Assembly (NCBI GenBank): GCA_016927185.1
Contig: JAFGND010000094.1
Coordinates: 1 to 46,936, forward strand
Reading direction: 5' to 3'
Source: Candidatus Coatesbacteria bacterium
GTDB taxonomy: Bacteria; JAFGND01
DNA: 46,936 bases
This document shows, piece after piece, positions 38,204 to 46,936 of the stretch (positions are counted from its first letter, which is position 1; each line of letters starts with the position of its first letter). The notes under the pieces were generated by a model. It was not told the DNA's origin and did no database searches. It was given only the letters and a program-made list of their open reading frames with translations. The position numbers and the translations under genes were made by a program.

Positions 38204-39111
38204 TCCTGAGGCAAAGAATCTTGGACTTCTGGGTAGAAACATGATATGTAGAAATAAAATAAAATATCAACAGAACCTGCTCCCTGATTGAAAATATAAT
38301 CATGAGGGCCATCCAGAATTACAAAAGAATGTTTTAATCCATGCTTTTTTAGAATATCTTTCATTTCAATAACATCTTGTTTAAGATAATCTCTCTCTGA
38401 TGTGACCAATCTGATATTGCTTTTCTTTAATTCCTCTCTGTTTGCAACCAGATTTCTTTCAATTTTCTGGGAGTGCTTTTTGAAAGCACCTTGTTGATTG
38501 CCAATAAACCTGTAAAATTCTGGATGAGACGTTCCCAGGTACAAAGACCATAAACCTCCCAATGAAATCCCATTTATACCTATTTTGCTTTCATCTATTT
38601 TATATTTTTCCGAAAGAAAAGGTATCAACTCAAGCCTTAAGAACTTCTCAAATCTATCAAAATCGTAATTTTCCCTGTCAATATCAGGTGTTTTGGGAGA
38701 AATTATAAAAAACTCCTTAAATGGATACTTTTTTAAAAGCGTAGAGTAAGCATTATAGTGTTTCTCTTTGACATTATTCAGGAATATCTTTTGAGGTAGT
38801 TTCTGGTCTCTCATTTGTGCATAGATGTTTTGAATACCATAGTATTTGGTCCATGCACGTGCTCCTTCAATAGGGGATCTTATTGCTTCTCCCCTGCCTG
38901 ACATTAATATCAATGCAGGTAACTTATTGCGTTTTTTAGCTTCTCTCGGAATTATCAAGACAAAAGGTTGCCTTGAATCTAAATACTTCGAATATATACA
39001 GAACTCTTTTATCTCAGGAAGCTCAAGCTGTTTATCTGCTAATGGTGATTTATAAGGTTTGGAACATGAAAGCATAATTATAACAGGCAACAATAATCTT
39101 CTATAATGCAT
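38200..39111 (-). CDS. Alpha/beta-hydrolase (esterase family) lipoprotein
   Basis: Lipobox-like IIMLS-C; GINGISLGG nucleophile elbow; ELIPF; GPH catalytic His. Confidence 0.82.
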   Translation of the reverse strand: MHYRRLLLPVIIMLSCSKPYKSPLADKQLELPEIKEFCIYSKYLDSRQPFVLIIPREAKKRNKLPALILMSGRGEAIRSPIEGARAWTKYYGIQNIYAQMRDQKLPQKIFLNNVKEKHYNAYSTLLKKYPFKEFFIISPKTPDIDRENYDFDRFEKFLRLELIPFLSEKYKIDESKIGINGISLGGLWSLYLGTSHPEFYRFIGNQQGAFKKHSQKIERNLVANREELKKSNIRLVTSERDYLKQDVIEMKDILKKHGLKHSFVILDGPHDYIFNQGAGSVDILFYFYISCFYPEVQDSLPQD

Positions 39112-39209
39112 TGCGTTAGCAATATTTAAGAAAAAGAATCGGTCAAGATTTTTCTCTTGACAATAATTCTTTTAGCTTTGAAGCCAATGAAAAAATAAGG
39201 AAGGTTTTT

Positions 39210-40157
39210 ATGCGTATTTTATCTCTTGTTTTATTGCTTTTTTCATTTTCTCTTCTTTTAGCAGATGAGCCTGTCTTCCTGCTGACAGGTTTTGATAAAT
39301 GGGGTGGTGCTTCTTATAATATAGCTTGGGAAAGCATTGCACATCTTGATAGCACGCTTGTTGAAGGATATAGAATTCACTGTGTTAAAATTCCTGTTGA
39401 ATGGAGACGTGGATTAGAGGTATTTCTTGAAGCTCTTGATAAATATAAGCCTGTCTATGTAATGTCTTATGGAAGTGGCTATAATAATGCATCTCATGTC
39501 GAGCATGTTGCCAAAAATAGATGCGGACATCATAAAGATGAAGCACAGGAATTCCCTCCCTCTGAGTATTGCGTTCCTGGAGGTCCTGCACAATTATCAA
39601 GTACCTTACCTTGCTCTACTATTGTTGATTCAGTAAATTCAGAGGTTACGTGGGAATTTACAGAAGCAGTTGCTGCCCATGGATATAATGCTGGAGATTA
39701 TTTATGCAACTATATTTTCTATCACCTAATGTACTACTGTCAGACACATCCTGAAATTCTGGCAGCAGGTTTTATTCATGTCAGACAGGATACACCAATA
39801 CCAATAGCTGAACTCTGCAGGGATATTGAAGTCAGGGTAGTAATAAGAGAAGAAATGGGATTTGGTAAGAGAAATTTTGTAAAAGCTGTTCCCAGAAAAT
39901 CAAATCAAATCAAAATTTATCCAAATCCCGCCAGGAAGACTGTCAATGTTTCATTTTCATTGGATCATGATTCATCAATAGTTTTCAAACTGATTGATAT
40001 GAATGGGAGAATAAGAAAAGCTTGGTTCCCACAATTCTATAAATCAGGAACACATAATTTCACCGCAAACACCTCACTTCCGCAAGGAAGGTATTTTTTA
40101 CATGTCACAGAAAACAATTCGACACTTTTCAAGTATCCTTTTGTTATTATACCATGA
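39210..40157 (+). CDS. Secreted pyroglutamyl-peptidase I (C15) with T9SS type A C-terminal sorting domain
   Basis: Signal peptide; LLTGF..WGG...N; VE.VA.N (Glu); AGDYLCNY (Cys); AGFIHV (His); C-terminal IYPNP...LIDMNGR...L.QG.YFL. Confidence 0.88.
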   Translation: MRILSLVLLLFSFSLLLADEPVFLLTGFDKWGGASYNIAWESIAHLDSTLVEGYRIHCVKIPVEWRRGLEVFLEALDKYKPVYVMSYGSGYNNASHVEHVAKNRCGHHKDEAQEFPPSEYCVPGGPAQLSSTLPCSTIVDSVNSEVTWEFTEAVAAHGYNAGDYLCNYIFYHLMYYCQTHPEILAAGFIHVRQDTPIPIAELCRDIEVRVVIREEMGFGKRNFVKAVPRKSNQIKIYPNPARKTVNVSFSLDHDSSIVFKLIDMNGRIRKAWFPQFYKSGTHNFTANTSLPQGRYFLHVTENNSTLFKYPFVIIP

Positions 40158-41693
40158 TTATTGTTTTTCCATTATTCTTATCTCAAGACTTGGCTCCTTA
40201 AATTCCCTGAGGAGCTTCAAGTTTTGTGCACTATCAAGGAATGACTTCTCAACTCTTGCATTGAATCTTGGACAATACCATGAATCCCAGATAATTATAG
40301 AACCTTTTTCAGAATTGTTCAAAGTAGATAAATCAAGATGACGGATATCCTTTCCTATATCAATATCATTTTCTGCATATTGATAAAACTTTGGATGATA
40401 GGCATAAACAGGTTTCTTTTCATTAAGCACTTCTTTCCAATATATATATGCCTTTAATACAGTCTTTTGCCTTATCCCAGGTCTTGATCCTCTGAAAAGA
40501 TTGAAATATAAACTATAAACGATTAAAAAAGCAAGTATCATATTTAAAAAGAATCTGGAAGGTTTCCTCAGGAAAACCCCACCTAGAATTGTTATTACTA
40601 TTCCAAAAATGAGTATTTTATTGCCATCCCAGCTTTTCCAAACAGGGTGAGGCCATCCACAGATCAACCTGATTGCTAATATTATGAACATAAAACCAAT
40701 AATAGCAAAACGAGTTCTGCCCTCCTCACCTTCTTTAAAAACATCAAATGCTTTCATTGCAATATAAGCATAAAGAGGTGATACGAAGGCAAAAAACCTT
40801 GGATGATTACCACTACCTCCTTTTCCAGAAACCGTTATGGCAATTTCAGATATAAAAAATACAGATAGAAGGAAAAAAGGCATGTTTTTATAAGTATTCG
40901 GTTGTGAAAATCTTATAAGAAACATCCATAGCAAGCAAAGTATCATAATGCTTGGACCTAATATATATAATTGCTGATGCAGCCAGTAAAATGGATCTCC
41001 CATTCTCGGTACGATATTATAATACATTTCCTTGTGCCAATTTATTATTGCTTCATACAACCAGAAAATCCTATGAGTTAGAATAAATCCTGCAAAATTC
41101 CAAACTAAAAGACCAGCTAACAAAAATATAATAATAAAGAATTTTCTTTTAATTGCATAAATCAACATAATAGCAATAACAAGAAAAATGCCTTCAAATC
41201 TTGTCAGGGGAAGGAGTGAAGCTATAAGAGCTGCAATTATATCCTTGTGAGAATAATAAAAATAAAGAAACAATGACAATATGAATGCAGCTGTTATTTC
41301 AGTATATGTATCATAAGCTATTGAAAAAAAAACTGGTTGAGCAAAAATAAAAAAGACTATAACATCATAATCATCTGATTCTGGATAAGCCTTTTTATAA
41401 GCAAATGCTGTAAAAAGAGCAGTTAAAATGGAAAGAAGAACTGTTTCTAACCTGGCAAATAATTGACCAAATTGAGATGGTATCAAGTACAATAAATTGA
41501 ATATCGGTTTTGCCCATGGATCTATAAGAATGTGTGTATTACTTAAGCTCAACCTGGCTTTGAGATAATGAGAAACACCATCATCAGTCCATGAATCTTT
41601 TGCTGTCAAGGACAAAAAAACAAGAAGTACAGAAAATAATGCAAGCCAGATATATATCCTTCTTTCCGGGAAACCAAGTATTCTATTCTTCAT
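40158..41693 (-). CDS. Polytopic membrane protein, probable GT-C fold glycosyltransferase
   Basis: DD..SHYL.AR.......L.D.WAKP.F, TE, LP..R.EG, many TMs, soluble C-terminal domain. Confidence 0.7.
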   Translation of the reverse strand: MKNRILGFPERRIYIWLALFSVLLVFLSLTAKDSWTDDGVSHYLKARLSLSNTHILIDPWAKPIFNLLYLIPSQFGQLFARLETVLLSILTALFTAFAYKKAYPESDDYDVIVFFIFAQPVFFSIAYDTYTEITAAFILSLFLYFYYSHKDIIAALIASLLPLTRFEGIFLVIAIMLIYAIKRKFFIIIFLLAGLLVWNFAGFILTHRIFWLYEAIINWHKEMYYNIVPRMGDPFYWLHQQLYILGPSIMILCLLWMFLIRFSQPNTYKNMPFFLLSVFFISEIAITVSGKGGSGNHPRFFAFVSPLYAYIAMKAFDVFKEGEEGRTRFAIIGFMFIILAIRLICGWPHPVWKSWDGNKILIFGIVITILGGVFLRKPSRFFLNMILAFLIVYSLYFNLFRGSRPGIRQKTVLKAYIYWKEVLNEKKPVYAYHPKFYQYAENDIDIGKDIRHLDLSTLNNSEKGSIIIWDSWYCPRFNARVEKSFLDSAQNLKLLREFKEPSLEIRIMEKQ

Positions 41694-42849
41694 CCTTCAT
41701 TTCTTTTTTGCTAGAATATTCATTGAATTCGCACTTCCATATCTCGTCTATATCAAAACTTTCGTTTATAAGTTTACTCTTGCATAGTTGTATTAAGACT
41801 GCTATTGCTGCCAACTTATGACCAATTTCATTAGGGTGTAAAGGATCTATAGTACCATTATCCATTCTGATATGAATAGCTTTCTTGCTTAATGATGTAT
41901 AACTTCTGTAGGTATTCAAAAGATCAAGACCATATATCCCAAATCTTAATCCAGCCTTTCTTATCTTATCATGAACATCTAAGAGTGGGTAATTATCAAG
42001 ATTAAGTAAAACAGGAAAAACTAAAATAAATGGTTTGAAATTATATTTTTCAGATAATTTCTTGAATACATAAATTTTGTCATTTAAAAAAACCTCTCCA
42101 CCATCAATATACAAGTTTCTGTAATAATCTGCCCATGTATAATTCTTAATGCTTATCCACTCTTTATCAATATTTCTCTGTAACTCCTTCTTCTGAATAT
42201 AGAAAATTCTGTATTTTAAAAATCTGTACAGGTTGCTTTCAAGAAGGATTTTATTTTTTCCCTTTTTCCAGTCTTCATACAAACTCAGTTCATTATTGGA
42301 TAACTGGCTTTTCAATTCTCCATATTCATAAGAATAATCCTGCAAATCATTGAGACAATAAGCTATCAGGACAATATCAGGTTTCAATTCCTTCCATTTT
42401 TCTATAAGCCTTAACTCCTGATTCAGATTATATCCCGGTACTGAAATATTAACAACTTCATATTTAGTATTTTTATCCTTACTGTATTTGTTTAACATTG
42501 TCTGCAGTAAAAATGGAAAGACCATGTTTCTTTTTATATTCACTCCATAAGCAATAGAATCACCAACAATCATTAATCTTGTAATGCTCGTTCCCTTTTT
42601 TATACTGATACTATCACTCCTGAAACCAAATGAATTCAAAGTATCACCATATGAAGTTGATTTATATGGAATCATTTCATATAAAAGCTCTTTGTCATTA
42701 CTCATTTTCAAGGATGATGATTCAAACATGAAAACTGCAGGAGCGAATTTGCCAATTCTAATGACTAATTCAGCAATAAATAGAGAAACTAGAAAACCTG
42801 AAAAAAGCAGCAAAAAGCGAAGAATATACTTCCGCTTTTTCACTACCAC
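41683..42849 (-). CDS. SGNH/GDSL hydrolase family protein with N-terminal anchor
   Basis: [14 protein letters not shown] (block I), N..VPGYN (II), YCLND (III), DPLHPN..GH (V). Confidence 0.9.
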   Translation of the reverse strand: MVVKKRKYILRFLLLFSGFLVSLFIAELVIRIGKFAPAVFMFESSSLKMSNDKELLYEMIPYKSTSYGDTLNSFGFRSDSISIKKGTSITRLMIVGDSIAYGVNIKRNMVFPFLLQTMLNKYSKDKNTKYEVVNISVPGYNLNQELRLIEKWKELKPDIVLIAYCLNDLQDYSYEYGELKSQLSNNELSLYEDWKKGKNKILLESNLYRFLKYRIFYIQKKELQRNIDKEWISIKNYTWADYYRNLYIDGGEVFLNDKIYVFKKLSEKYNFKPFILVFPVLLNLDNYPLLDVHDKIRKAGLRFGIYGLDLLNTYRSYTSLSKKAIHIRMDNGTIDPLHPNEIGHKLAAIAVLIQLCKSKLINESFDIDEIWKCEFNEYSSKKEMKDEE

Positions 42850-43259
42850 TCCAGTTTGACTTTCCCAATACCGTCTCTATCCAAACCTATAGCTTTGGCA
42901 GCTGCATAGGATAGATCTATTATCCTTCCTTCTTTGTAAGGACCTCTATCATTTATTCTTACAGTTACTGATTTTCCATTCTTAAGGTAAGTAACCTTGA
43001 CTTCTGTATTAAAGGGAAGTTTGCGATGAGCTGCTGTCATCATATGCATATCAAACTTCTCACCAGAAGCGGTTCTTCTTCCTTGAAAAGCCTGCCCATA
43101 CCAGCTTGCTATACCCTCTTCAGTATTCTGTTTGTCATTATTCTTATCTGACTGGCTATATCTATCAGAGGTTTTTGAATTATCATAACCATACCAGTTC
43201 AAACTGGCACAGCTTGCAAGAATAAAACAAAGTGAAAGAAATAATGCCAATAACTTCAT
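42843..43259 (-). CDS. rlpA: Septal ring lytic transglycosylase RlpA family lipoprotein (DPBB domain only)
   Basis: Lipobox ILAS-C; G.ASWYG..F.GR.TASGE.FD...[17 protein letters not shown]....[13 protein letters not shown] 43259 overlaps the upstream stop (TGATG). Confidence 0.93.
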   Translation of the reverse strand: MKLLALFLSLCFILASCASLNWYGYDNSKTSDRYSQSDKNNDKQNTEEGIASWYGQAFQGRRTASGEKFDMHMMTAAHRKLPFNTEVKVTYLKNGKSVTVRINDRGPYKEGRIIDLSYAAAKAIGLDRDGIGKVKLEW

Positions 43260-43993
43260 CAGTAAACAAATACTGGATCTCCTACTTTCAAATACTTGTA
43301 AAGTATTTCGAGATCCGCTTTCCCAACTCTTATACAACCATGACTTGCATTTCTACCTAATTCTTTACCATAATGGATGAATATGCCGTCACCTAAACCC
43401 ATTTTATATTTACCCAACTCTCCTGGAACTACTGTTACTCTGTCTTTCTCTTCTTCTGTTAATTCATTATACATTTTTCTAGCTTCACCAGGATTAAGAT
43501 TTCTAGGTATCTTTATAATAGAATCAGGATAGGCTTTACCTTTTTCCTTCCAGTACCAGGGAGGTCTGTGCCACCATGGATTCTCTTGTTTATACAAGAT
43601 ATTAAAGGCACCCGTTGGAGTATAAAACTTGAAAGTCGTGCTGCCTACTTGTGTTTCTCCTTTTCCAAGTGCTACAACACCACTTCGTATCAGTTTGTCT
43701 CCTCTTCTTAAATAATAACGCATTTCAGTTTGATCTATCACAAGATAATAACCCTGGTTTTTTAAAGCTTCATTTTGTAATTTCAGTTTTGCATTTTCTC
43801 TTTCCAGCTCTAATATCTTTGCTTGAGATATGAATTGTTTGTTCTTCATTAAATCCTGGTATGCAAACATTCTCTTTTCATCATCCTGGCTATATGATGG
43901 TATGTCATTATCCCTGGATTTGCTTAATAAATTACAGGATGATAATATCATGCAAATAGAAAAACTCAATATAACATATCTGATGGGTTTCAT
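43259..43993 (-). CDS. L,D-transpeptidase (YkuD domain) lipoprotein
   Basis: Lipobox ILSS-C; coiled coil; TPTG.F; IFIH......ASHGCIR (His/Cys); VGDPV. Confidence 0.9.
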   Translation of the reverse strand: MKPIRYVILSFSICMILSSCNLLSKSRDNDIPSYSQDDEKRMFAYQDLMKNKQFISQAKILELERENAKLKLQNEALKNQGYYLVIDQTEMRYYLRRGDKLIRSGVVALGKGETQVGSTTFKFYTPTGAFNILYKQENPWWHRPPWYWKEKGKAYPDSIIKIPRNLNPGEARKMYNELTEEEKDRVTVVPGELGKYKMGLGDGIFIHYGKELGRNASHGCIRVGKADLEILYKYLKVGDPVFVY

Positions 43994-43994
43994 T

Positions 43995-45326
43995 TTATCC
44001 TTTCTTGTTCTGAATTCTGAAAGCTTCTGCCATTACTTCAGCAGCTTGAGTATATTGCTCCATTCCCCTTAAAACCTCAGCTAACAATGCATATGCTTTC
44101 AATTCTCCATTCCATTGAGAAATTATGAATCTGTATATTTCACTGCTACGTTTCAAATTCTTGCCCTCATGAAACCACGCAGCAGTTTGATAAAGAGCTT
44201 CCAGATTATCAAGGTATTCAAATGTATAATCAAGCAGGGTAATTCCTTCCCCCATCCTATCCTGCATGCAGTAAGAATATCCAAGCCATGCTTGCCCCGT
44301 ATAGTCAGTCTCAGGAAAAGTTTCCGACCATCTTTCAAGCTCTTTCCATGCTTTCTGTGATATAAGTTCAGTTATATAAAGATCCTGGTACTTTTCTTTC
44401 CTGTCTGATTCATAGACAAGCTTTCGCAAATACGATAAAACTTCCTTATCTTTATTAAGCAACTTACCTATTCTTATCAAGGCATCCAGGGCATTCAAAT
44501 TACCTGTTGCAAAAGACAGAGATTTCTCATATTCTCTCCATGCAATCTCATATTCCTGCATTGATTCATAAACAAGACCAAATGCTTCATGAATTTTATG
44601 GCTTTTGGGAGTTGTTTGAAGAGCTTTATTAAGTTCCTCAAGAGCTTGCTTGTGTTTGTTCTCTTTTACATATGATAAGGCATTATAGTAGTAAACATCT
44701 TCTTTGTTATGCTTTGTTTGAGCTTCTTCTTCTTTCATTTCTTCCAGAAACACTCTAAGCTTTGTATCAGCATCATTAACTGTTAATAGTTTTTCTACTA
44801 ATCCCTTCGCCTTTTCATAACGATGAGTTTTTCTGTAAATATAAGCAAGATTAAGATTCGCTGACCTGTTATATAAATCCTTTACCAGAATACTCTCCAA
44901 AACTTCTTCAGCTTCAGTAAAAAGCCCCATTCTTTTCAAGACAACAGCAAGATTATTCATGGCAATCAAGTCATTTGGAAAATACTTCAAGTATTGCTTA
45001 TAATATCTTTCTGCTGCTTGCTGCTTACCAAGATTATCTTGAGTATAGGCTAGATAAAACAGTAGTTTATCAGGAATATAATCCTCTTTTATACATATTT
45101 TTCTGAATATCTCAGCAGCTTTATTGAAGTTCCTGTTTTTCAAATAGGCTAAGCCAATATTAGAAAGGATTTCTTTATCATTCTCTTTTATTTCAAGAGC
45201 CCTATTATACCAACCAATGGAAGCTTCATACATACCCTTCATTGAACAGCTCTCAGCATGTTCAAGAATCTGCTTCAAAGATTCATCATCTGGATCTATA
45301 GGTACTTCTTGTTTCTGATCATCCAT
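43995..45326 (-). CDS. TPR-repeat protein
   Basis: Multiple TPRs (YNRALEI...ILSNIGLAY; AMNNLAVVL; NLNLAYIY; HEAFGLVYE). Start ATG 45326 or 45353. Confidence 0.88.
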   Translation of the reverse strand: MDDQKQEVPIDPDDESLKQILEHAESCSMKGMYEASIGWYNRALEIKENDKEILSNIGLAYLKNRNFNKAAEIFRKICIKEDYIPDKLLFYLAYTQDNLGKQQAAERYYKQYLKYFPNDLIAMNNLAVVLKRMGLFTEAEEVLESILVKDLYNRSANLNLAYIYRKTHRYEKAKGLVEKLLTVNDADTKLRVFLEEMKEEEAQTKHNKEDVYYYNALSYVKENKHKQALEELNKALQTTPKSHKIHEAFGLVYESMQEYEIAWREYEKSLSFATGNLNALDALIRIGKLLNKDKEVLSYLRKLVYESDRKEKYQDLYITELISQKAWKELERWSETFPETDYTGQAWLGYSYCMQDRMGEGITLLDYTFEYLDNLEALYQTAAWFHEGKNLKRSSEIYRFIISQWNGELKAYALLAEVLRGMEQYTQAAEVMAEAFRIQNKKG

Positions 45327-45594
45327 CCTTAAAAACCTCTTTTTTATTCTCATCTAATACCTTATAAAGCAATACTGCTTCTTGCTTCTTAAGGTTTTTC
45401 ATGGGTATTCCTAATACCTCAATCCTTTTATAAAATGAAACACTTTCTATCTCAATTATATCCCCAACTTTGATTTTGCTAGAAGCTTTTACTATTCTAC
45501 CATTCACTTTTACTGCCCCATTATCACATGCAGTTTTTGCTATGCTTCTGGATTTAATGAGTCTGCTTTTATCCAGAAAAATATCTATTCTCAT
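45319..45594 (-). CDS. Small S4-domain RNA-binding protein (RqcP/YabO/Hsp15-like)
   Basis: MRID.FL...RLIK.R..AK.ACD.G.V.VNG...KAS..IKVGD.I.I; about 91 aa from ATG 45594. Confidence 0.88.
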   Translation of the reverse strand: MRIDIFLDKSRLIKSRSIAKTACDNGAVKVNGRIVKASSKIKVGDIIEIESVSFYKRIEVLGIPMKNLKKQEAVLLYKVLDENKKEVFKDG

Positions 45595-45598
45595 ATCG

Positions 45599-46897
45599 CT
45601 AAATGAGTTTGTCATATGGTTCAAAAACCTTTATATATATCTGCTTCTTCAGTAAACTAATCCTGTTCTCTATTAGTTTCTGCATCTTCTGTATACGGAG
45701 AATTCTCTTTATATCCTCATAAAGTTGATCCAATGTACATTCCTTGTTTTCCTTCTTGAATAAAACATAAAACTGGAAAGAACTTTCAGAAGAACCGACA
45801 TCGGTTGCCTCATTGTCTTTCATTTTCCTTATATCTGCTGGAATACCCAAGTCTGCCATATTTGTTTCTGTTAACCATCCTAAATCTACCTGTTTTGCTT
45901 CCTTGAACTTGTCCTTCAACATGACCAAGGATGTCCCTTTCTTATATTCTGAAAGTGCTTCTTCTGTCAAAAGTTTTGCTTTCTCAAAAACTTCTGTATT
46001 CTGTTTAGGTTTTAGAAGGATGAGACTTACTCTTAAATTATCCTCTATTCTTTCTGTAACTTTAAATAACCACCAGCTTCCTTTCCAGAAGATCCAGTTA
46101 GATATCTGACCTGTTTGCAGATGTTTTATCTGCTGGAAGAGACTAGCTTCCATATTGGTAACCATTCCTATATCGCCACCATTAGCTTTATTGGGACCTT
46201 CAGTATAATTTCTTGCTACTTCTGAAAAATTCTCTCCCTTGGCTATTTCTTGAAGTATTTTATTCTTTAATATATTCATTCTTTCCTGTTCTTCTTTAGA
46301 AGCTTTTGTGCTGATTATAAATTGACCAACATGATACTGATCTTGCTTCAATGTTTGCTTTTCTTTGTTCTCATTGTAAAACTTCTTTATTTCATCATTC
46401 GTTATTTTAACTTCAGTCATAATATATCTTCTTGTATAGTATTGTATATATAAACCTTCTTCAACTTCCTTCTTGAAGAGCTTTACATATTCTTCCTTAT
46501 TCTTGAAGCCATTGGTTCTAAGATATGTTTCTTGCTCCTTCTGATCAGGATAAGCTTTATTTAAATTGCTAATTTGCGCATTTACTTTTTCCAGGATCTC
46601 ATTTTCTTGTACAAATATTGTAGAATCCTCTTTAGCTGCCATCAGGAAAATTGCATTCTCATATAGCGATTTGAATGCTTTCTTCCTGTACTCTTCAGCC
46701 AGGCTCTTATTCAAACCTATATCTTTTTTTTCGTAGTAAGCGAATTCCATTGCCCTTCTTTCAACATCACTGTACAAAATTGGAACATCACCAATAACTG
46801 CAACAATTCCATCAATAATATCAACACTCTTGGTTGTTTCGCCAAATAAAAAACCTTGGCAAACAAATATTATCATTACTAAAATTTTACCTTTCAT
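45599..46897 (-). CDS. SurA-like periplasmic chaperone / parvulin PPIase
   Basis: Signal peptide; IIDGIVAVIGD.PIL.SDV (SurA N-terminus); F.EVARNY.EGP....GGDIG (rotamase); second degenerate DLGW domain. Confidence 0.85.
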   Translation of the reverse strand: MKGKILVMIIFVCQGFLFGETTKSVDIIDGIVAVIGDVPILYSDVERRAMEFAYYEKKDIGLNKSLAEEYRKKAFKSLYENAIFLMAAKEDSTIFVQENEILEKVNAQISNLNKAYPDQKEQETYLRTNGFKNKEEYVKLFKKEVEEGLYIQYYTRRYIMTEVKITNDEIKKFYNENKEKQTLKQDQYHVGQFIISTKASKEEQERMNILKNKILQEIAKGENFSEVARNYTEGPNKANGGDIGMVTNMEASLFQQIKHLQTGQISNWIFWKGSWWLFKVTERIEDNLRVSLILLKPKQNTEVFEKAKLLTEEALSEYKKGTSLVMLKDKFKEAKQVDLGWLTETNMADLGIPADIRKMKDNEATDVGSSESSFQFYVLFKKENKECTLDQLYEDIKRILRIQKMQKLIENRISLLKKQIYIKVFEPYDKLI

Positions 46898-46936
46898 AGT
46901 AATTATAAACCTTCCCGGATTTCTTGATTTTATAAA
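46887..46936 (-). CDS. Possible 3' end of an upstream gene truncated by the window edge
   Basis: Open frame ...YKIKKSGKVYNYYER* overlapping the SurA-like start; only 15 codons visible. Confidence 0.3.
   Translation of the reverse strand, partial: YKIKKSGKVYNYYER

Noticed and set aside
1003-46109. Many short antisense or overlapping ORFs in the track (e.g. 3239-3646, 9443-9988, 23619-24176, 31316-31705)
   Set aside because: They lie inside or opposite well-supported genes, are Ser/Phe/Leu-rich mirror translations, and show no family motifs.
1-46936. Genome-wide UGA reassignment (code 4 or 25) as the explanation for the in-frame TGA
   Set aside because: Conserved genes are full length under code 11, and TGA ends pnp, GT9, the ABC ATPase, the LDT and the peptidase at natural C-termini, often in ATGA/TGATG overlaps.
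1-46936. CRISPR arrays, tRNA/rRNA genes, IS elements, prophage or defence genes
   Set aside because: Intergenic gaps are short (largest about 310 bp), with no spaced direct repeats or cloverleaf-like segments seen, and no transposase, integrase or phage-like ORFs.

Overview
AT-rich bacterial chromosomal window read in the standard genetic code: TGA ends several genes and the in-frame TGA below is the only one seen inside a likely gene. It holds about 40 tightly packed genes, with no rRNA, tRNA, CRISPR or mobile elements seen. An LPS heptosyltransferase, a PorQ/PorV-like barrel and a protein with a T9SS-type C-terminal sorting domain suggest a diderm of, or near, the FCB superphylum (inference). 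Contents: comM-like ATPase; nifS-nifU-HEAT-metallophosphoesterase; rpsO-pnp-M16 peptidase-PorQ-like; LysM-MepA; a Zn-ribbon Ser/Thr kinase pair; envelope glycosylation genes; purA; obgE; a 13 kb ispD/ABC/MoxR/DUF58/vWA operon; a universal stress protein; an esterase; a secreted pyroglutamyl peptidase; and a SurA-S4-TPR-LDT-RlpA-SGNH-GT operon. Top finding: two ORFs in the MoxR-vWA operon (30775-31854 and 30235-30741) are one reading frame interrupted only by an in-frame TGA (T-U-S-S-S-G-C). A SECIS-like hairpin follows the TGA, making this a candidate non-redox-family selenoprotein. Other highlights: a hairpin/pseudoknot in the rpsO leader that can mask the Shine-Dalgarno, and a recurrent TTGACA box placed so that many genes look leaderless.
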